From NCBI GenBank assembly GCA_002427815.1, contig DIZF01000066.1, positions 54,542-94,541 of the forward strand: a DNA stretch of 40,000 bases, read 5' to 3'. Below the pieces are notes generated by a model. That model made no database searches, was not told where the DNA came from, and worked only from the letters and a program-made list of their open reading frames with translations. Source of the DNA: Ramlibacter tataouinensis (GTDB taxonomy: Bacteria > Pseudomonadota > Gammaproteobacteria > Burkholderiales > Burkholderiaceae_C). Both the position numbers and the translations under genes were made by a program. This document shows, in pieces, positions 28,133 through 37,762 of the stretch; the first letter of the stretch is position 1, and every line of letters begins with the position of its first letter.

Positions 28133-29511
28133 CCTGCATCCTTCGCGGTCGGCACGGCCGCCGAAAACGGCAGCGGCTTGATCGGCGCCTGCCCGCGCAG
28201 CCGGCCGACCTGGCCGGGCGCTTTGCCGCAGGCCTGGGCCAGGATCTCGGCGGCGGCCACGCCGCAGGTGCGGCCCTGGCAGCGGCCCATGCCGACGCGG
28301 GTGAGCGCCTTGAGCCGGTTCATCTCGACGGTGCCGGTCTCGCGCACGCACTGGCGCAACTGCCCCGCCGTGACTTCCTCGCAGCGGCAGATCACCAGGT
28401 CGTCGGTGGCCTGCGCGGCCCAATCCTGCGGGAACGGAAACGCGCGTTCCAGCCCGCTGCGAAACGCAGCGGTGTCCGACAGGCCTTCCTCCAGCTCCCC
28501 GGCGCGCGGTCCATCGATGGCTTCGCCCGCATCGGCCAGCAATGCCAGGGCGGCGAGCTCGCCGGCCCACTCGGCCGCGTCGGCGCCCATGATGCCCGCG
28601 CCGTCACCGGCCAGATAGACACCCGTCACGCTGGCTCGGCCCGCCGCGTCGCGCTCGGGCAAGGCCGCTCGCTGCATTTCGTCGTAACGGAAGCGGCAAC
28701 CCAGCAGGTCAGCCAATTGGGTTTCCGAGCGCAGCCCGTAGCCGAAGGCGACGGCATCGCAGGCCAGTTCGTTCGACGAATCGCCACTGCGCCAGCGCAT
28801 GGCGGCGACCTGATGGGTGCCGCTCGCCCGTTCGAGCTGCACGCCGTCATGGACCGGAATGCCGTGCAGGCGCAGCCAGGCCAGGTAATAAAGGCCTTTG
28901 CCGAACACCGCGCGATTGCGCAACAGCGCGGGCACCGCGGCCAGCTTGTCGGCGAAGCGGGCCGTGTCGAGCACGGCCGCGACCTGTGCGCCGGCCTTCG
29001 CATACTGGTAGGCCACCAGGTAGAGCAGGGGGCCTGTCCCCGCGAAAATCACGTGCTCGCCGATCGCGCACCCCTGGTATTTCAATGCAACCTGGGCCGC
29101 GCCCAGGGTGTAGACGCCGGGCAGGGTCCAGCCCGGAAAGGGCAGCACGCGGTCCGCCGCGCCGGTGGCCACGATCAGTTGGCTGTAGGGCACGCAGTCG
29201 ATGCCGCCGCGGCACAGCAGGTCGAGCCGCCCGCCCTCGGCATTCCAGACCAGGGTCTCGGGCCGGTAATCGACCTGGTCCAGGATGCCGGCCATGGCCT
29301 GGTGCACGGATTCGGCACTGGCCGCCTCGAAGCCATACAGCACCTTCTTGGAGCGGCCGAAATTGGCCGGCGGCTGCCGGTAGATCTGCCCGCCCCAGCG
29401 CGGCGCTTCGTCGATCACGACCGGACGCACGCCATGGCGGCACAGCGTCTGCGCCGCGCGCACGCCGGCCGGGCCGGCGCCCACGATGACGGGTTGCAGG
29501 AGCGTTGTCAT
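28129..29511 (-). CDS. FAD/NAD(P)-binding oxidoreductase, alpha subunit type (HcnB / opine oxidase A-like) with a BFD-like [2Fe-2S] domain
   Basis: VIVGAGPAGVRAA..., a second GTGPLLY motif, and a C-terminal CRCEEVT...GMGRCQGRTC cluster. Confidence 0.75.
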   Translation of the reverse strand: MTTLLQPVIVGAGPAGVRAAQTLCRHGVRPVVIDEAPRWGGQIYRQPPANFGRSKKVLYGFEAASAESVHQAMAGILDQVDYRPETLVWNAEGGRLDLLCRGGIDCVPYSQLIVATGAADRVLPFPGWTLPGVYTLGAAQVALKYQGCAIGEHVIFAGTGPLLYLVAYQYAKAGAQVAAVLDTARFADKLAAVPALLRNRAVFGKGLYYLAWLRLHGIPVHDGVQLERASGTHQVAAMRWRSGDSSNELACDAVAFGYGLRSETQLADLLGCRFRYDEMQRAALPERDAAGRASVTGVYLAGDGAGIMGADAAEWAGELAALALLADAGEAIDGPRAGELEEGLSDTAAFRSGLERAFPFPQDWAAQATDDLVICRCEEVTAGQLRQCVRETGTVEMNRLKALTRVGMGRCQGRTCGVAAAEILAQACGKAPGQVGRLRGQAPIKPLPFSAAVPTAKDAG

Positions 29512-29810
29512 GGCTGAGCCTGTGCGCCGGTGACCAGGCGCATGCCTTCCTCGATGAAGGTGCCGCAGGCGCGCAGGCGCTCGCCGGATTCGGTGGTCAT
29601 CCAGCAGTCCTGGCAGGCGCCCATCAGGCAGAAGCCGGCGCGCGGCTCGCCGCTGAATTCGCTGCGGCGCAGTAGCGCTGCCTGCGTCAGGACGGCCGTG
29701 AGCACGGTGTCGCCGGCGAAGGCCGTGCGCGGCTGGCCGTCGAGTGTGAAGGCAACCGGCGCTCTATCGGTCTCGGCCAGTCGTTTCAGCAGCGCCATTG
29801 AGTATTCCAT
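29508..29810 (-). CDS. Small (2Fe-2S)-binding subunit (HcnA-like)
   Basis: 100 aa. ...GFCLMGACQDCW...LRAC has the HcnA / sarcosine-oxidase-alpha N-terminal-like Cys pattern. There is a 4-nt overlap with the downstream gene. Confidence 0.7.
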   Translation of the reverse strand: MEYSMALLKRLAETDRAPVAFTLDGQPRTAFAGDTVLTAVLTQAALLRRSEFSGEPRAGFCLMGACQDCWMTTESGERLRACGTFIEEGMRLVTGAQAQP

Positions 29811-29826
29811 TCGGTCGCAAACGGGT

Positions 29827-30621
29827 TCATCGGTGTCCCACCAGAATCTTGTCGAGGCCGTACACGCGATCGAGCACCAGCATCGCGATCGCCGTGATGG
29901 CGACCATCAACGCCGAGACGGCTGCCATCAGCGGGTCGATCGACTCGGTCGCATACATGTACATGCGCACCGGCAAGGTCACCGTCTGCGGCGCGGTGAC
30001 GAAGATCGACATGGTCACCTCGTCGAAGCTGTTGATGAACGCCAGCAGCCAGCCGCCGGTGACGCCCGGCAGGATCATCGGCAGCGTGACGCGCCGGAAC
30101 ACGGTGGCCTGGCTCGCGCCGAGCGACAGCGCGGCCTGCTCGGCGCTGCGATCCGTGCCCTCGACGGCTGCGACCACCAGCCGCAACACATAGGGTGTGA
30201 TCACCACCACATGCGCGAGCGCGAGCCAGAAGAAGCTCCCGGTGGCGCCGATCAGCGAGAACGTGTGCAACAGCGCGACACCGAGCACCAGGTGGGGAAT
30301 GATCAGCGGCGACAGGAACAGCCCGTTGAGAAAGTCGCGCCCCGGAAAGGTGTGGCGTGCAATGGCGATGCCGGCCGGCACCGCAATGACGGTGGACAGC
30401 GTGGCCGCACTCAAGGCCAGCCACAGGCTGTTCTTGAACGACTGCACGAAGTCGGGGTGGGCGAACACCGCCCTGAACCAGCGCAGGGACAGATGGGTGG
30501 TCGGGATGGTCAGCGTGTTTTCCGGCGTGAAGGCGACCACGCAGACCACCACCAGCGGGGCCAGCATGAAGGCGACCACCAGGGCGTTGAACAGCAGGGC
30601 GAGCGGACCGTTCCTGGACAT
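29827..30621 (-). CDS. ABC transporter permease (PotC-like)
   Basis: Six hydrophobic segments, with an EAA-loop-like motif SAEQAALSLGASQATVFRRVTLP. Confidence 0.8.
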   Translation of the reverse strand: MSRNGPLALLFNALVVAFMLAPLVVVCVVAFTPENTLTIPTTHLSLRWFRAVFAHPDFVQSFKNSLWLALSAATLSTVIAVPAGIAIARHTFPGRDFLNGLFLSPLIIPHLVLGVALLHTFSLIGATGSFFWLALAHVVVITPYVLRLVVAAVEGTDRSAEQAALSLGASQATVFRRVTLPMILPGVTGGWLLAFINSFDEVTMSIFVTAPQTVTLPVRMYMYATESIDPLMAAVSALMVAITAIAMLVLDRVYGLDKILVGHR

Positions 30622-30625
30622 GGCC

Positions 30626-31516
30626 TTACCCCAACGACTTCTTGTACGAGCGCTCGACCACGCGGTTGTAGCTGAGCATCACCACCAGGTTGGCGAGCAG
30701 CAAGGTCAGCGCGATCGCGGCTCCCAGCGGCCAGTTGAGCTCGTGCAGGTACTCGTCGTACACCACGGTGGCCACCATCTTCAGGCGCCGCCCGCCCAGC
30801 AGGCCGGGGATGGCGAAGGCGCTGGCACTCAGGCCGAACACGATCAGGCTGCCCGACAGGATGCCGGGCAGCACCTGCGGCAGGATGATCCGGCGCAAGG
30901 TGGTGAAGTGCGAAGCGCGCAGCGACAGGGCGGCATCCTCGACACCCGGATCGAGCTTCTGCAGCGAAGTCCAGACCGGGATCACCATGAACGGCAGCAT
31001 CACGTGGACCAGCGCGATGACGACTGCCGCTTCGGTGTAGAGAATACGCATGGGCGGCATGCCGAGCCAGCGGATGACGTGGTTGACCAGCCCCTGCGGG
31101 CCCAGCAGCATGCTCCAGCCGAAAGCCCGCACCACCACCGACACCAGCAGCGGCGCCAGCACCACCAGCAGCAGGATCGAGCGCCAGGGCGCGCGCATGC
31201 GGCTGAGCACGTAGGCCTCGGGTGCGCCGACCACCACGCAGATCAGCGTCACCAGCCCCGAGATCCAGAACGTGCGCCAGAAAATGCCCAGGTAATAGTC
31301 GTCGGTGAACACCGCCGCGTAGTGCGAGAGCGTGAATGCGTTCTTCACGCCGGTCGCGTAATCGAACACCTGGAACGACAGCACGGCCGTGAGGACCAGG
31401 GGCACCAGCAACAGGCAGGCGAACAGGACAAAGGCGGGCGCCGAAAGCAGCCAGGGCCCGCGCACCGTGCCCGGCGCGGCTGGGCCGGGAGTGACGAGGA
31501 CAGCCGATCCGCTCAT
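30626..31516 (-). CDS. ABC transporter permease (PotB-like)
   Basis: The start at 31516 (MSGSAVLV...) overlaps the ATPase stop (ATGA). EAA loop: VEDAALSLRASHFTTLRRIILP. Confidence 0.8.
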   Translation of the reverse strand: MSGSAVLVTPGPAAPGTVRGPWLLSAPAFVLFACLLLVPLVLTAVLSFQVFDYATGVKNAFTLSHYAAVFTDDYYLGIFWRTFWISGLVTLICVVVGAPEAYVLSRMRAPWRSILLLVVLAPLLVSVVVRAFGWSMLLGPQGLVNHVIRWLGMPPMRILYTEAAVVIALVHVMLPFMVIPVWTSLQKLDPGVEDAALSLRASHFTTLRRIILPQVLPGILSGSLIVFGLSASAFAIPGLLGGRRLKMVATVVYDEYLHELNWPLGAAIALTLLLANLVVMLSYNRVVERSYKKSLG

Positions 31517-32574
31517 GACACAGTGGCGCCGGGCAACAGGCGCACCATCGCCGCGGACCAGTCCAGGCCCACGGTCATGCCTTCTTCCGCCGGGGCCGCG
31601 CCGTCGTTGCTGCAGACCACCAGCAACTCGCCCAGGTCCGTGGCAACCCGGTACAGCCACTGGCTGCCCAGAAAGAAGCGCTCGCGCACGCTGCCTTCGA
31701 GCTGGCCCTGGTGCGGCGCGACCAGGCGAATCTTTTCCGGGCGCAGGCTCAGCACGACGGCCGCGCCGAGTGCCGCCCCCGGTGCCTCGACCCGCAGCGA
31801 GAACGCGCCCACCTGCACCGTGGCGGGCGTTCCGGTCGCAGTCACCCGGCCTTCGAGCAGGTTGGCCTTGCCCACGAAGCTGGAGATGAAGCGGGTCTGC
31901 GGATGCTCGTAGAGGCGGTGCGGGCGGTCGATCTGGGTCACGCGGCCGGCTTCCATCACCACGACCCGGTCGCTGATGGACATCGCCTCGGTCTGGTCGT
32001 GCGTGACCATCACGGTGGTGGTGCCGACCTCGCGCTGGATCTGGCGCAGTTCGAACTGCATTTCCTCGCGCAGTTTGGCGTCCAGGTTGGACAACGGTTC
32101 GTCCAGCAGCAGCACCGGCGGCTCTATCACCAGGGCACGCGCCAGGGCCACGCGCTGCCGCTGTCCGCCGGACAGCTCGCGCGGATAACGCGTCGCATGC
32201 GGCTCCAGGTGCACCAGTTCCAGCACGGCCTGCACCCGCTTGCTGCGCTCGGGCCTGGGCACGTGCAGCATCTCCAGGCCGAAGCTCACGTTGTCGTGCA
32301 CCGTCATGTGCGGGAACAGGGCGTAGCTCTGGAACACGATGCCCAGGCCGCGCGTGTTGGGCCTGGCGTGGGTGATGTCGCGGCCGTCGAGCGTGATGCG
32401 CCCGGCGCTGACCCCGACGAAGCCCGCGATCATCTGCAGCGTGGTGGTCTTGCCGCAACCGGAGGGCCCCAGCAGCGAAACGAATTCGCCCTTCTCGACC
32501 GAAAGGTTCATGTCGATCACTGCCGGCGTCCCGCCATAGGACTTGGCGATATCGGTCAGGGTCAGAAAGGACAT
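31513..32574 (-). CDS. ABC transporter ATP-binding protein (PotA-like)
   Basis: Walker A is GPSGCGKTT, the signature is LSGGQRQRVALARAL and Walker B is VLLLDEP. The start at 32574 gives MSFLTLTDIAKSYGG. Confidence 0.85.
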   Translation of the reverse strand: MSFLTLTDIAKSYGGTPAVIDMNLSVEKGEFVSLLGPSGCGKTTTLQMIAGFVGVSAGRITLDGRDITHARPNTRGLGIVFQSYALFPHMTVHDNVSFGLEMLHVPRPERSKRVQAVLELVHLEPHATRYPRELSGGQRQRVALARALVIEPPVLLLDEPLSNLDAKLREEMQFELRQIQREVGTTTVMVTHDQTEAMSISDRVVVMEAGRVTQIDRPHRLYEHPQTRFISSFVGKANLLEGRVTATGTPATVQVGAFSLRVEAPGAALGAAVVLSLRPEKIRLVAPHQGQLEGSVRERFFLGSQWLYRVATDLGELLVVCSNDGAAPAEEGMTVGLDWSAAMVRLLPGATVS

Positions 32575-32679
32575 GGCAACCTCGGGCAGGAAGGCGGCGA
32601 TTCCCGCGATCGGAGGGTCGCGAAAGCGGTACGCGCTGAGCATTCATGCTAGGGCAACTAAAAAAGACAGGTCAACGGG

Positions 32680-32730
32680 TTATTCCGTACACAGAGATTT
32701 ATTTCTTATTTATTCCGTTCAATGGAATAA
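32680..32730. promoter_or_regulatory. Putative IclR operator in an AT-rich divergent promoter region
   Basis: Inverted repeat TTATTCC-N7-GGAATAA at 32710-32730, plus an extra TTATTCCGT half-site at 32680-88. It lies between the divergent ABC operon and iclR. Confidence 0.45.
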
Positions 32731-32746
32731 CATTAGAATTGTGTCA

Positions 32747-33601
32747 ATGAAAATTCCGGCAGCAGTGAAAACGGATATAGATGAAGCAGCCTCCAGCAGC
32801 GTCGGGCGGGCTTTTGCGATCATCCGGGCGCTGGCCGAGACACAGGCCAAAGGCGGGCGCGTGACCCAGCTGGCCAAGGCCACCGGCCTCACCCAGGCCA
32901 CGACGCACCGACTGCTGCAGTCGCTGGCGGCCGAGCGCATCGTCGAACAGGACGCGCAGTCCAGGCTGTACCGGCTCTCCATCGATTTCTTTGCGCTGGC
33001 GGCGCGCGCCGGTGACTCGATGGATCTGCGCGCGTTGTGCCGTCCCTCCTTGCTGCGGCTGTGCGCCAGCCTGGGCGACACCATCTTCCTGCTGGTGCGC
33101 AGCGGTTTCGACGCCGTGTGCCTGGACCGCACCGAGGGCCCGTTTCCGATCCGTTCGTTCACCGGCGACATCGGCGGGCGGGTGGCGCTGGGCGTCGGCC
33201 AGGGCGGCATGGCGATCCTGGCGCTGTTGGCCGAGGCCGAACGCGAGGAGGTGATCCGCTTCAACCTGCCGCGCGTGCGCGAGTTCGGCGTGCTGGACGA
33301 GGTCTACCTGCGCACTGAAATCGAAAACGTGCGCCAACTCGGCTATGCGGGCCGCAACACCGGTTTGCTCGAAGGCATGGCCGGCGTGGCGGTGCCTATC
33401 CTGGATCGCGAAGGCCGGGCGGTGGCGGCGCTCAGCGTGGGCACCATATCTTCCCGGCTCAGCCCGGACCGTCTGCCCACGGTGGTCGAATTGCTCAAGC
33501 GCGAAGCCGCCGCCATCGGTGCCCGTCTCAACCCGTTCGACGCCACCCTGCGCCGGCCGGCGCAAAGCCTGACGCCGCGAGACGGGCCGGCGGCTGACTG
33601 A
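32747..33601 (+). CDS. IclR-family transcriptional regulator
   Basis: The N-terminal wHTH is VGRAFAIIRALAE....RVTQLAKATGLTQATTHRLLQSL. The C-terminal effector domain has ...GRVALGVGQGGMAIL and ...AALSVG. Confidence 0.85.
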   Translation: MKIPAAVKTDIDEAASSSVGRAFAIIRALAETQAKGGRVTQLAKATGLTQATTHRLLQSLAAERIVEQDAQSRLYRLSIDFFALAARAGDSMDLRALCRPSLLRLCASLGDTIFLLVRSGFDAVCLDRTEGPFPIRSFTGDIGGRVALGVGQGGMAILALLAEAEREEVIRFNLPRVREFGVLDEVYLRTEIENVRQLGYAGRNTGLLEGMAGVAVPILDREGRAVAALSVGTISSRLSPDRLPTVVELLKREAAAIGARLNPFDATLRRPAQSLTPRDGPAAD

Positions 33602-33983
33602 AGAAGCGCCGGCTTTCGCGGCCGGGGGACATTTTCGCAACGCACCGGCGTTGTCAAGACGGGTCTCGATTCGCCGCACTGTTTGATGAGCCAGATCAAA
33701 CAACGAGCGACATCCAGCGCGTCATCCTGCGCAGATTTGGCAGCTCGGGATGCCGATTTCAGATCCCGCGTTCAAGATGCCGGAGTGCCAATCCGGGGCG
33801 GCCCAGAGGCAAAGCACAAGCGTTGCGCCGGAAAGAGCGCGGCGGATGCGTGGAAAGACTCTTGTCAACTGTCAACGTTGACGAGGTATTGACCGCTTGC
33901 AGCACTCAGACAGAATTGCCTGGCCCCAGGGCGATCCACAGAACTGGCGGATGAGTCTATTTCGACCAATGAGGGGAGAGGGA

Positions 33984-34550
33984 ATGGGAACACTTCGAGT
34001 ATTGCTTTGCCTCGCGATGGCGGCGGTGGCGTGCGGCGCTCATGCCCAGACGCGCTATCAGTGCAACACCAATGGGGTCGCGTATCTGTCCGACCGGCCA
34101 TGCTCACAAAGCCGCGCCGTGTACTACGGGCCCACCGAGAGGCCGGTGTCCCCGCACATTCCAGGTATCGGAGAGGCGCCGGCCCAAGCCAAATACATGA
34201 GCCCGCGCTGCAGTTCGCTGAACGATGCCCTGCGAACCGCAGCGGTAAGGGGTCTACGCTCCGAGACCGTGGCGGAAATGCGCAAGAACTACCGCCTTGA
34301 ATGCGGCGAGGATGAGAGCGAAGCGGCCGGGAAGCTGTCCGAGGAGCGAAAGGAAAAGGGCCTGCAGCGCAAGGCCGAAAGATCGGCCAGCAAGCAGGAG
34401 CAGGACCGCGCCGCGCTGCAGGAGCAGCAGTGCGCCGAATCCAAGCGCATCCTGGTGACCAAGCGGTCCCGCACCGACCTGACTGAAGGCGAGAAGGCGG
34501 AACTGCGCCGTTTCGAGGCGAACTACCGTGGCCGCTGCACGGTTGGGTGA
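33984..34550 (+). CDS. DUF4124-like secreted protein with a charged coiled-coil tail
   Basis: Signal MGTLRVLLCLAMAAVACGAHAQ, then YQC.TNGVAYLSDRPC (DUF4124 pattern). ATG 33984 follows GAGGGGAGAGGG. Confidence 0.6.
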   Translation: MGTLRVLLCLAMAAVACGAHAQTRYQCNTNGVAYLSDRPCSQSRAVYYGPTERPVSPHIPGIGEAPAQAKYMSPRCSSLNDALRTAAVRGLRSETVAEMRKNYRLECGEDESEAAGKLSEERKEKGLQRKAERSASKQEQDRAALQEQQCAESKRILVTKRSRTDLTEGEKAELRRFEANYRGRCTVG

Positions 34551-34703
34551 AAGCCAACGGAACGCAAGAAAGGGAAGCGACTTTGGCGGGCTGTTGTCCC
34601 TGTCAGGATCCGGCGCAGACGGTGTACCCTGTGAAGCTCGTCTGTAGCTCCTGTCGGGGTGATCGAACAGACAGTAGATCGACACTTGACGTTTTCTGAT
34701 CGC

Positions 34704-35288
34704 ATGGACGGTACTGGAATGCCACCTCATTCACCCTCGCGCTATGGAAGAGTCGCCCAGGCCTTGCACTGGGCTACGGCTCTGTTGGTTCTGGTCGCGT
34801 TCGTCTACGGCCCGGGAGGATCGGAAGAGCGCGTGTACTCACCTGCACGCGATTTTGATCGCCAACTCCACGAGTCGCTGGGGCTGTGTGTGTTTGCGCT
34901 CTTCGCACTGCGCGTACTTTGGCGAGTCGTCGACAAGCGCCCGGACCCTCCGCAGGCGTCGTGGTGGATGGGCACTGCGGCAACGGTCGTACAGGGAGTG
35001 CTGTACCTGCTTCTCTTCGCGGTACCAATGACCGCCATTGCGGGCGCCTGGCTCGAAGGGCATCCTCTGACGCTGCTCGGCCGCTTGGACATTGCTCCTC
35101 TTATCGGGAAATCACACGATCTGGGCGCAACCGTTGCGGTCGTCCACACCTGGCTTGGCGACACGATCCTGTGGGTTGCAGGATTCCACGCGCTTGCCGC
35201 CCTGTACCATCACCTTGTCCTCAAAGATGAAGTTCTCGAGTCCATGCTGCCACGCTGGCTTCCCATTCGGCGATCAGGCCGCGAGTGA
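34704..35288 (+). CDS. Cytochrome b561 family protein
   Basis: RYGRVAQALHWATALLVL..., four TM helices with conserved His (HW..., LHESLG, ...HTWLG, ...HALAALYHH). An alternative ATG lies at 34719. Confidence 0.75.
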   Translation: MDGTGMPPHSPSRYGRVAQALHWATALLVLVAFVYGPGGSEERVYSPARDFDRQLHESLGLCVFALFALRVLWRVVDKRPDPPQASWWMGTAATVVQGVLYLLLFAVPMTAIAGAWLEGHPLTLLGRLDIAPLIGKSHDLGATVAVVHTWLGDTILWVAGFHALAALYHHLVLKDEVLESMLPRWLPIRRSGRE

Positions 35289-35398
35289 AACGCCGAAGGA
35301 CGTAGCAAGTGTCGCCAGCGAGGCCTGAAGGTCCGGCGCGAGCACCAACGGAATCTGCTAGCCTTTGCGGCTTCGTTCATCCGAGCTGGAGTTACCTC

Positions 35399-36379
35399 AT
35401 GCAATACCGACGTCTCGGCCGCAGCGGCCTGCAGGTCAGCGAACTCTCGCTGGGCTCGTGGGTGACGTATCACAACCAGGTGGACGTGACGGCGGCGCGC
35501 GAAATGATGGCGGCCGCGTTCGACGCGGGCGTCAATTTCTTCGACAACGCCGAGGTCTATGCCGCCGGACAGAGCGAAGTGGTGATGGGCGAAGCGCTCA
35601 AGGCCCTGAAGTGGCCGCGGCTCAACTACGTGGTGTCGACCAAGTTCTTCTGGGGCCTGGACCGCGAGGGCCAGGCGGCCAACCGCAAGGACACGCTCAA
35701 CCGCAAGTACCTGACCCAGGCCATCGATGGGTCGCTCAGGCGGATGGGCCTGGATTTCATCGATCTGGTGTTCTGCCACCGGCCCGACCCGAACACGCCC
35801 GTCGAGGAAACCGTGTGGGCGATGAGCGACATGATCACCCGTGGCAAGGCGCTGTACTGGGGCACCAGCGAATGGTCGGCGCAGGAGATCCGCGCGGCCT
35901 GGGAGATTGCCGAGCGACACCACCTGCACAAGCCGGTGATGGAGCAGCCGCAGTACAACCTGTTCCACCGCAAGCGGGTCGAGCAGGAATACGCACGCCT
36001 TTACGAGGACATCGGTCTGGGCCTGACCATCTGGAGCCCGCTGGCCAGCGGCCTGCTGACCGGCAAGTACCGCAGCGGCGTGCCTTCGGACAGCCGCGGC
36101 GCGCTGGAAGGCATGGGATTTCTTGTCAAGGGACTGACCCACGCCGAAAAGAATGCCGCAGTCGCGCAGCTCGAAGCGGTGGCGGCCGAGCTGGGCTGCA
36201 CGCTGGGGCAGATGGCAATTGCCTGGGCCGCCCACAACCCCCGGGTCAGCACCGTGATCACCGGGGCGTCCCGGATTTCCCAGCTGCAGGAAAACCTGGG
36301 TGCGGTGGACGTCATACCCAAGCTGACGCCCCAAGTGCTCGCGCGTATCGACGAGATCGCCTTGCCGCTGGCGAGCTGA
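35399..36379 (+). CDS. Aldo/keto reductase (Kv-beta-subunit-like subfamily)
   Basis: [24 protein letters not shown]...[13 protein letters not shown]...GEAL and ...[10 protein letters not shown]. Confidence 0.85.
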   Translation: MQYRRLGRSGLQVSELSLGSWVTYHNQVDVTAAREMMAAAFDAGVNFFDNAEVYAAGQSEVVMGEALKALKWPRLNYVVSTKFFWGLDREGQAANRKDTLNRKYLTQAIDGSLRRMGLDFIDLVFCHRPDPNTPVEETVWAMSDMITRGKALYWGTSEWSAQEIRAAWEIAERHHLHKPVMEQPQYNLFHRKRVEQEYARLYEDIGLGLTIWSPLASGLLTGKYRSGVPSDSRGALEGMGFLVKGLTHAEKNAAVAQLEAVAAELGCTLGQMAIAWAAHNPRVSTVITGASRISQLQENLGAVDVIPKLTPQVLARIDEIALPLAS

Positions 36380-37126
36380 TCAGGCCTTTCTTTTGGCGAT
36401 CCACGCCTCGACGGCGTCACTGCCGCCTATCAGTTCGCCGTTGACGAACAGTTGAGGCACGGTCCTGGCCTTGGCGATGGCGCCGAGCGCGCGCGTGCGG
36501 ATGGTGTGCGGCAGGTCGACGTCGGCAAAAGCGATGCCCGCGTCTTTCAGCTGCTTCTTGGCCTTGGCGCAGAACGCGCATCCTTCGCGCGTGAGCAGGG
36601 CGATCTGGTCGGGGTCTTTCGCATTCTTGTTGACGTAGTGCAGCAGCGTGTCGGCATCCGACACCTTGAAGGGATCACCCGGCTCATCGGGCTCGATGAA
36701 CATCTTTTCGATCACCCCGTCGCGCACCAGCATCGAATAACGCCACGACCGCTTGCCGAAGTTCAGGTCGCTCTTGTCGACGAGCATGCCCATCTGTTCG
36801 GTAAAGGCGCCGTTGCCGTCGGGCAGCATGAAGACGTTGGTGCATTCCTGGCTCTTGGCCCACTCTTCCATGACGAACGGATCATTGACGGCGATGCAGA
36901 TGACCTCGTCGACCCCGTTTTCCTTGAAGGTGGGCGCCAGTTCATTGAAGCGCGGCAGGTGCGTGCTGGAGCAGGTGGGCGTGAACGCTCCGGGCAGCGA
37001 AAACACCGCGACCGTGCGTCCCTTGAACAGCTTGTTGGAATCGGTTTCCTTCCATTCGCCGTTCTCGCGGTAGCGAAACTTGACGTTGGGAACAGGCTTG
37101 CCTTCGCGTGACTGAAGTTGTGGCAT
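36380..37126 (-). CDS. Hybrid peroxiredoxin-glutaredoxin (Prx5-Grx fusion)
   Basis: The Prx5 motif is FSLPGAFTPTCS. The C-terminal Grx domain has the REGCAFC active site and TVPQLFVNGELIGG. Confidence 0.85.
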   Translation of the reverse strand: MPQLQSREGKPVPNVKFRYRENGEWKETDSNKLFKGRTVAVFSLPGAFTPTCSSTHLPRFNELAPTFKENGVDEVICIAVNDPFVMEEWAKSQECTNVFMLPDGNGAFTEQMGMLVDKSDLNFGKRSWRYSMLVRDGVIEKMFIEPDEPGDPFKVSDADTLLHYVNKNAKDPDQIALLTREGCAFCAKAKKQLKDAGIAFADVDLPHTIRTRALGAIAKARTVPQLFVNGELIGGSDAVEAWIAKRKA

Positions 37127-37279
37127 GACAGTGATTTCCTGAGAGTGGCTGAACGACAGTATCTTCGCTCAATTCCGTGCTCTTCAATGTGCGGAAAGCT
37201 ATAGTCCAGATAGCAGACAGCTATCTCGAGTGCGGTCGGCTCAAGTCAAATGTCGCGATGACCGCCAACCTTCAAGACC

Positions 37280-37747
37280 ATGTCCCACTCCGCTCTCGTC
37301 CGCCCGATCAGGGAATCCGACTTTCACGCCTGGAAGCCGCTCTGGGATGGATACAACGCCTTCTATGGCCGCAAGGACGAGACGGCCCTGCCGCATGAGA
37401 TCACCGAGGCAACCTGGCAGCGCTTCTTCGATCCGGACGAACCTGTCTTTGGCCTGGTGGCCGAGCGCGATGGCGTGCTGCTGGGCCTTGCTCATTACGT
37501 GTTCCACCGAAGCACCACCCGCATCGAGCTCACCTGCTACCTGCAGGACCTGTTCACGGCTCGATCCGCGCGCGGCCAGGGCGTCGGGCGGGCGCTGATT
37601 CAGGGTCTCTACGAGCGGTCACGGCCGGCGGGCATCAAGCGGGTCTACTGGCACACGCACGAGACCAACTCGGCGGGCCGCCTGCTGTATGACAAGGTGG
37701 CCGGGCATCTGGGCTTCATCGTCTACACACACGACGTTCCAGCATAA
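37280..37747 (+). CDS. GNAT-family N-acetyltransferase
   Basis: ...LQDLFTARSARGQGVGRALIQGLY is the acetyl-CoA binding motif. Confidence 0.8.
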   Translation: MSHSALVRPIRESDFHAWKPLWDGYNAFYGRKDETALPHEITEATWQRFFDPDEPVFGLVAERDGVLLGLAHYVFHRSTTRIELTCYLQDLFTARSARGQGVGRALIQGLYERSRPAGIKRVYWHTHETNSAGRLLYDKVAGHLGFIVYTHDVPA

Positions 37748-37762
37748 AGAGGAACCTGCATC

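Noticed and set aside
33683-33892. 69-aa ORF in the iclR-DUF4124 gap.
   Set aside because: It has no RBS, mixed codon bias and no recognisable motif. The region is better explained as regulatory or non-coding.
36377-36382. Convergent aldo-keto reductase and Prx-Grx genes abut with stops forming TGATCA and no intergenic base or terminator.
   Set aside because: Real but trivial. Stop-to-stop abutment occurs by chance, and no structure or function can be inferred from six bases.
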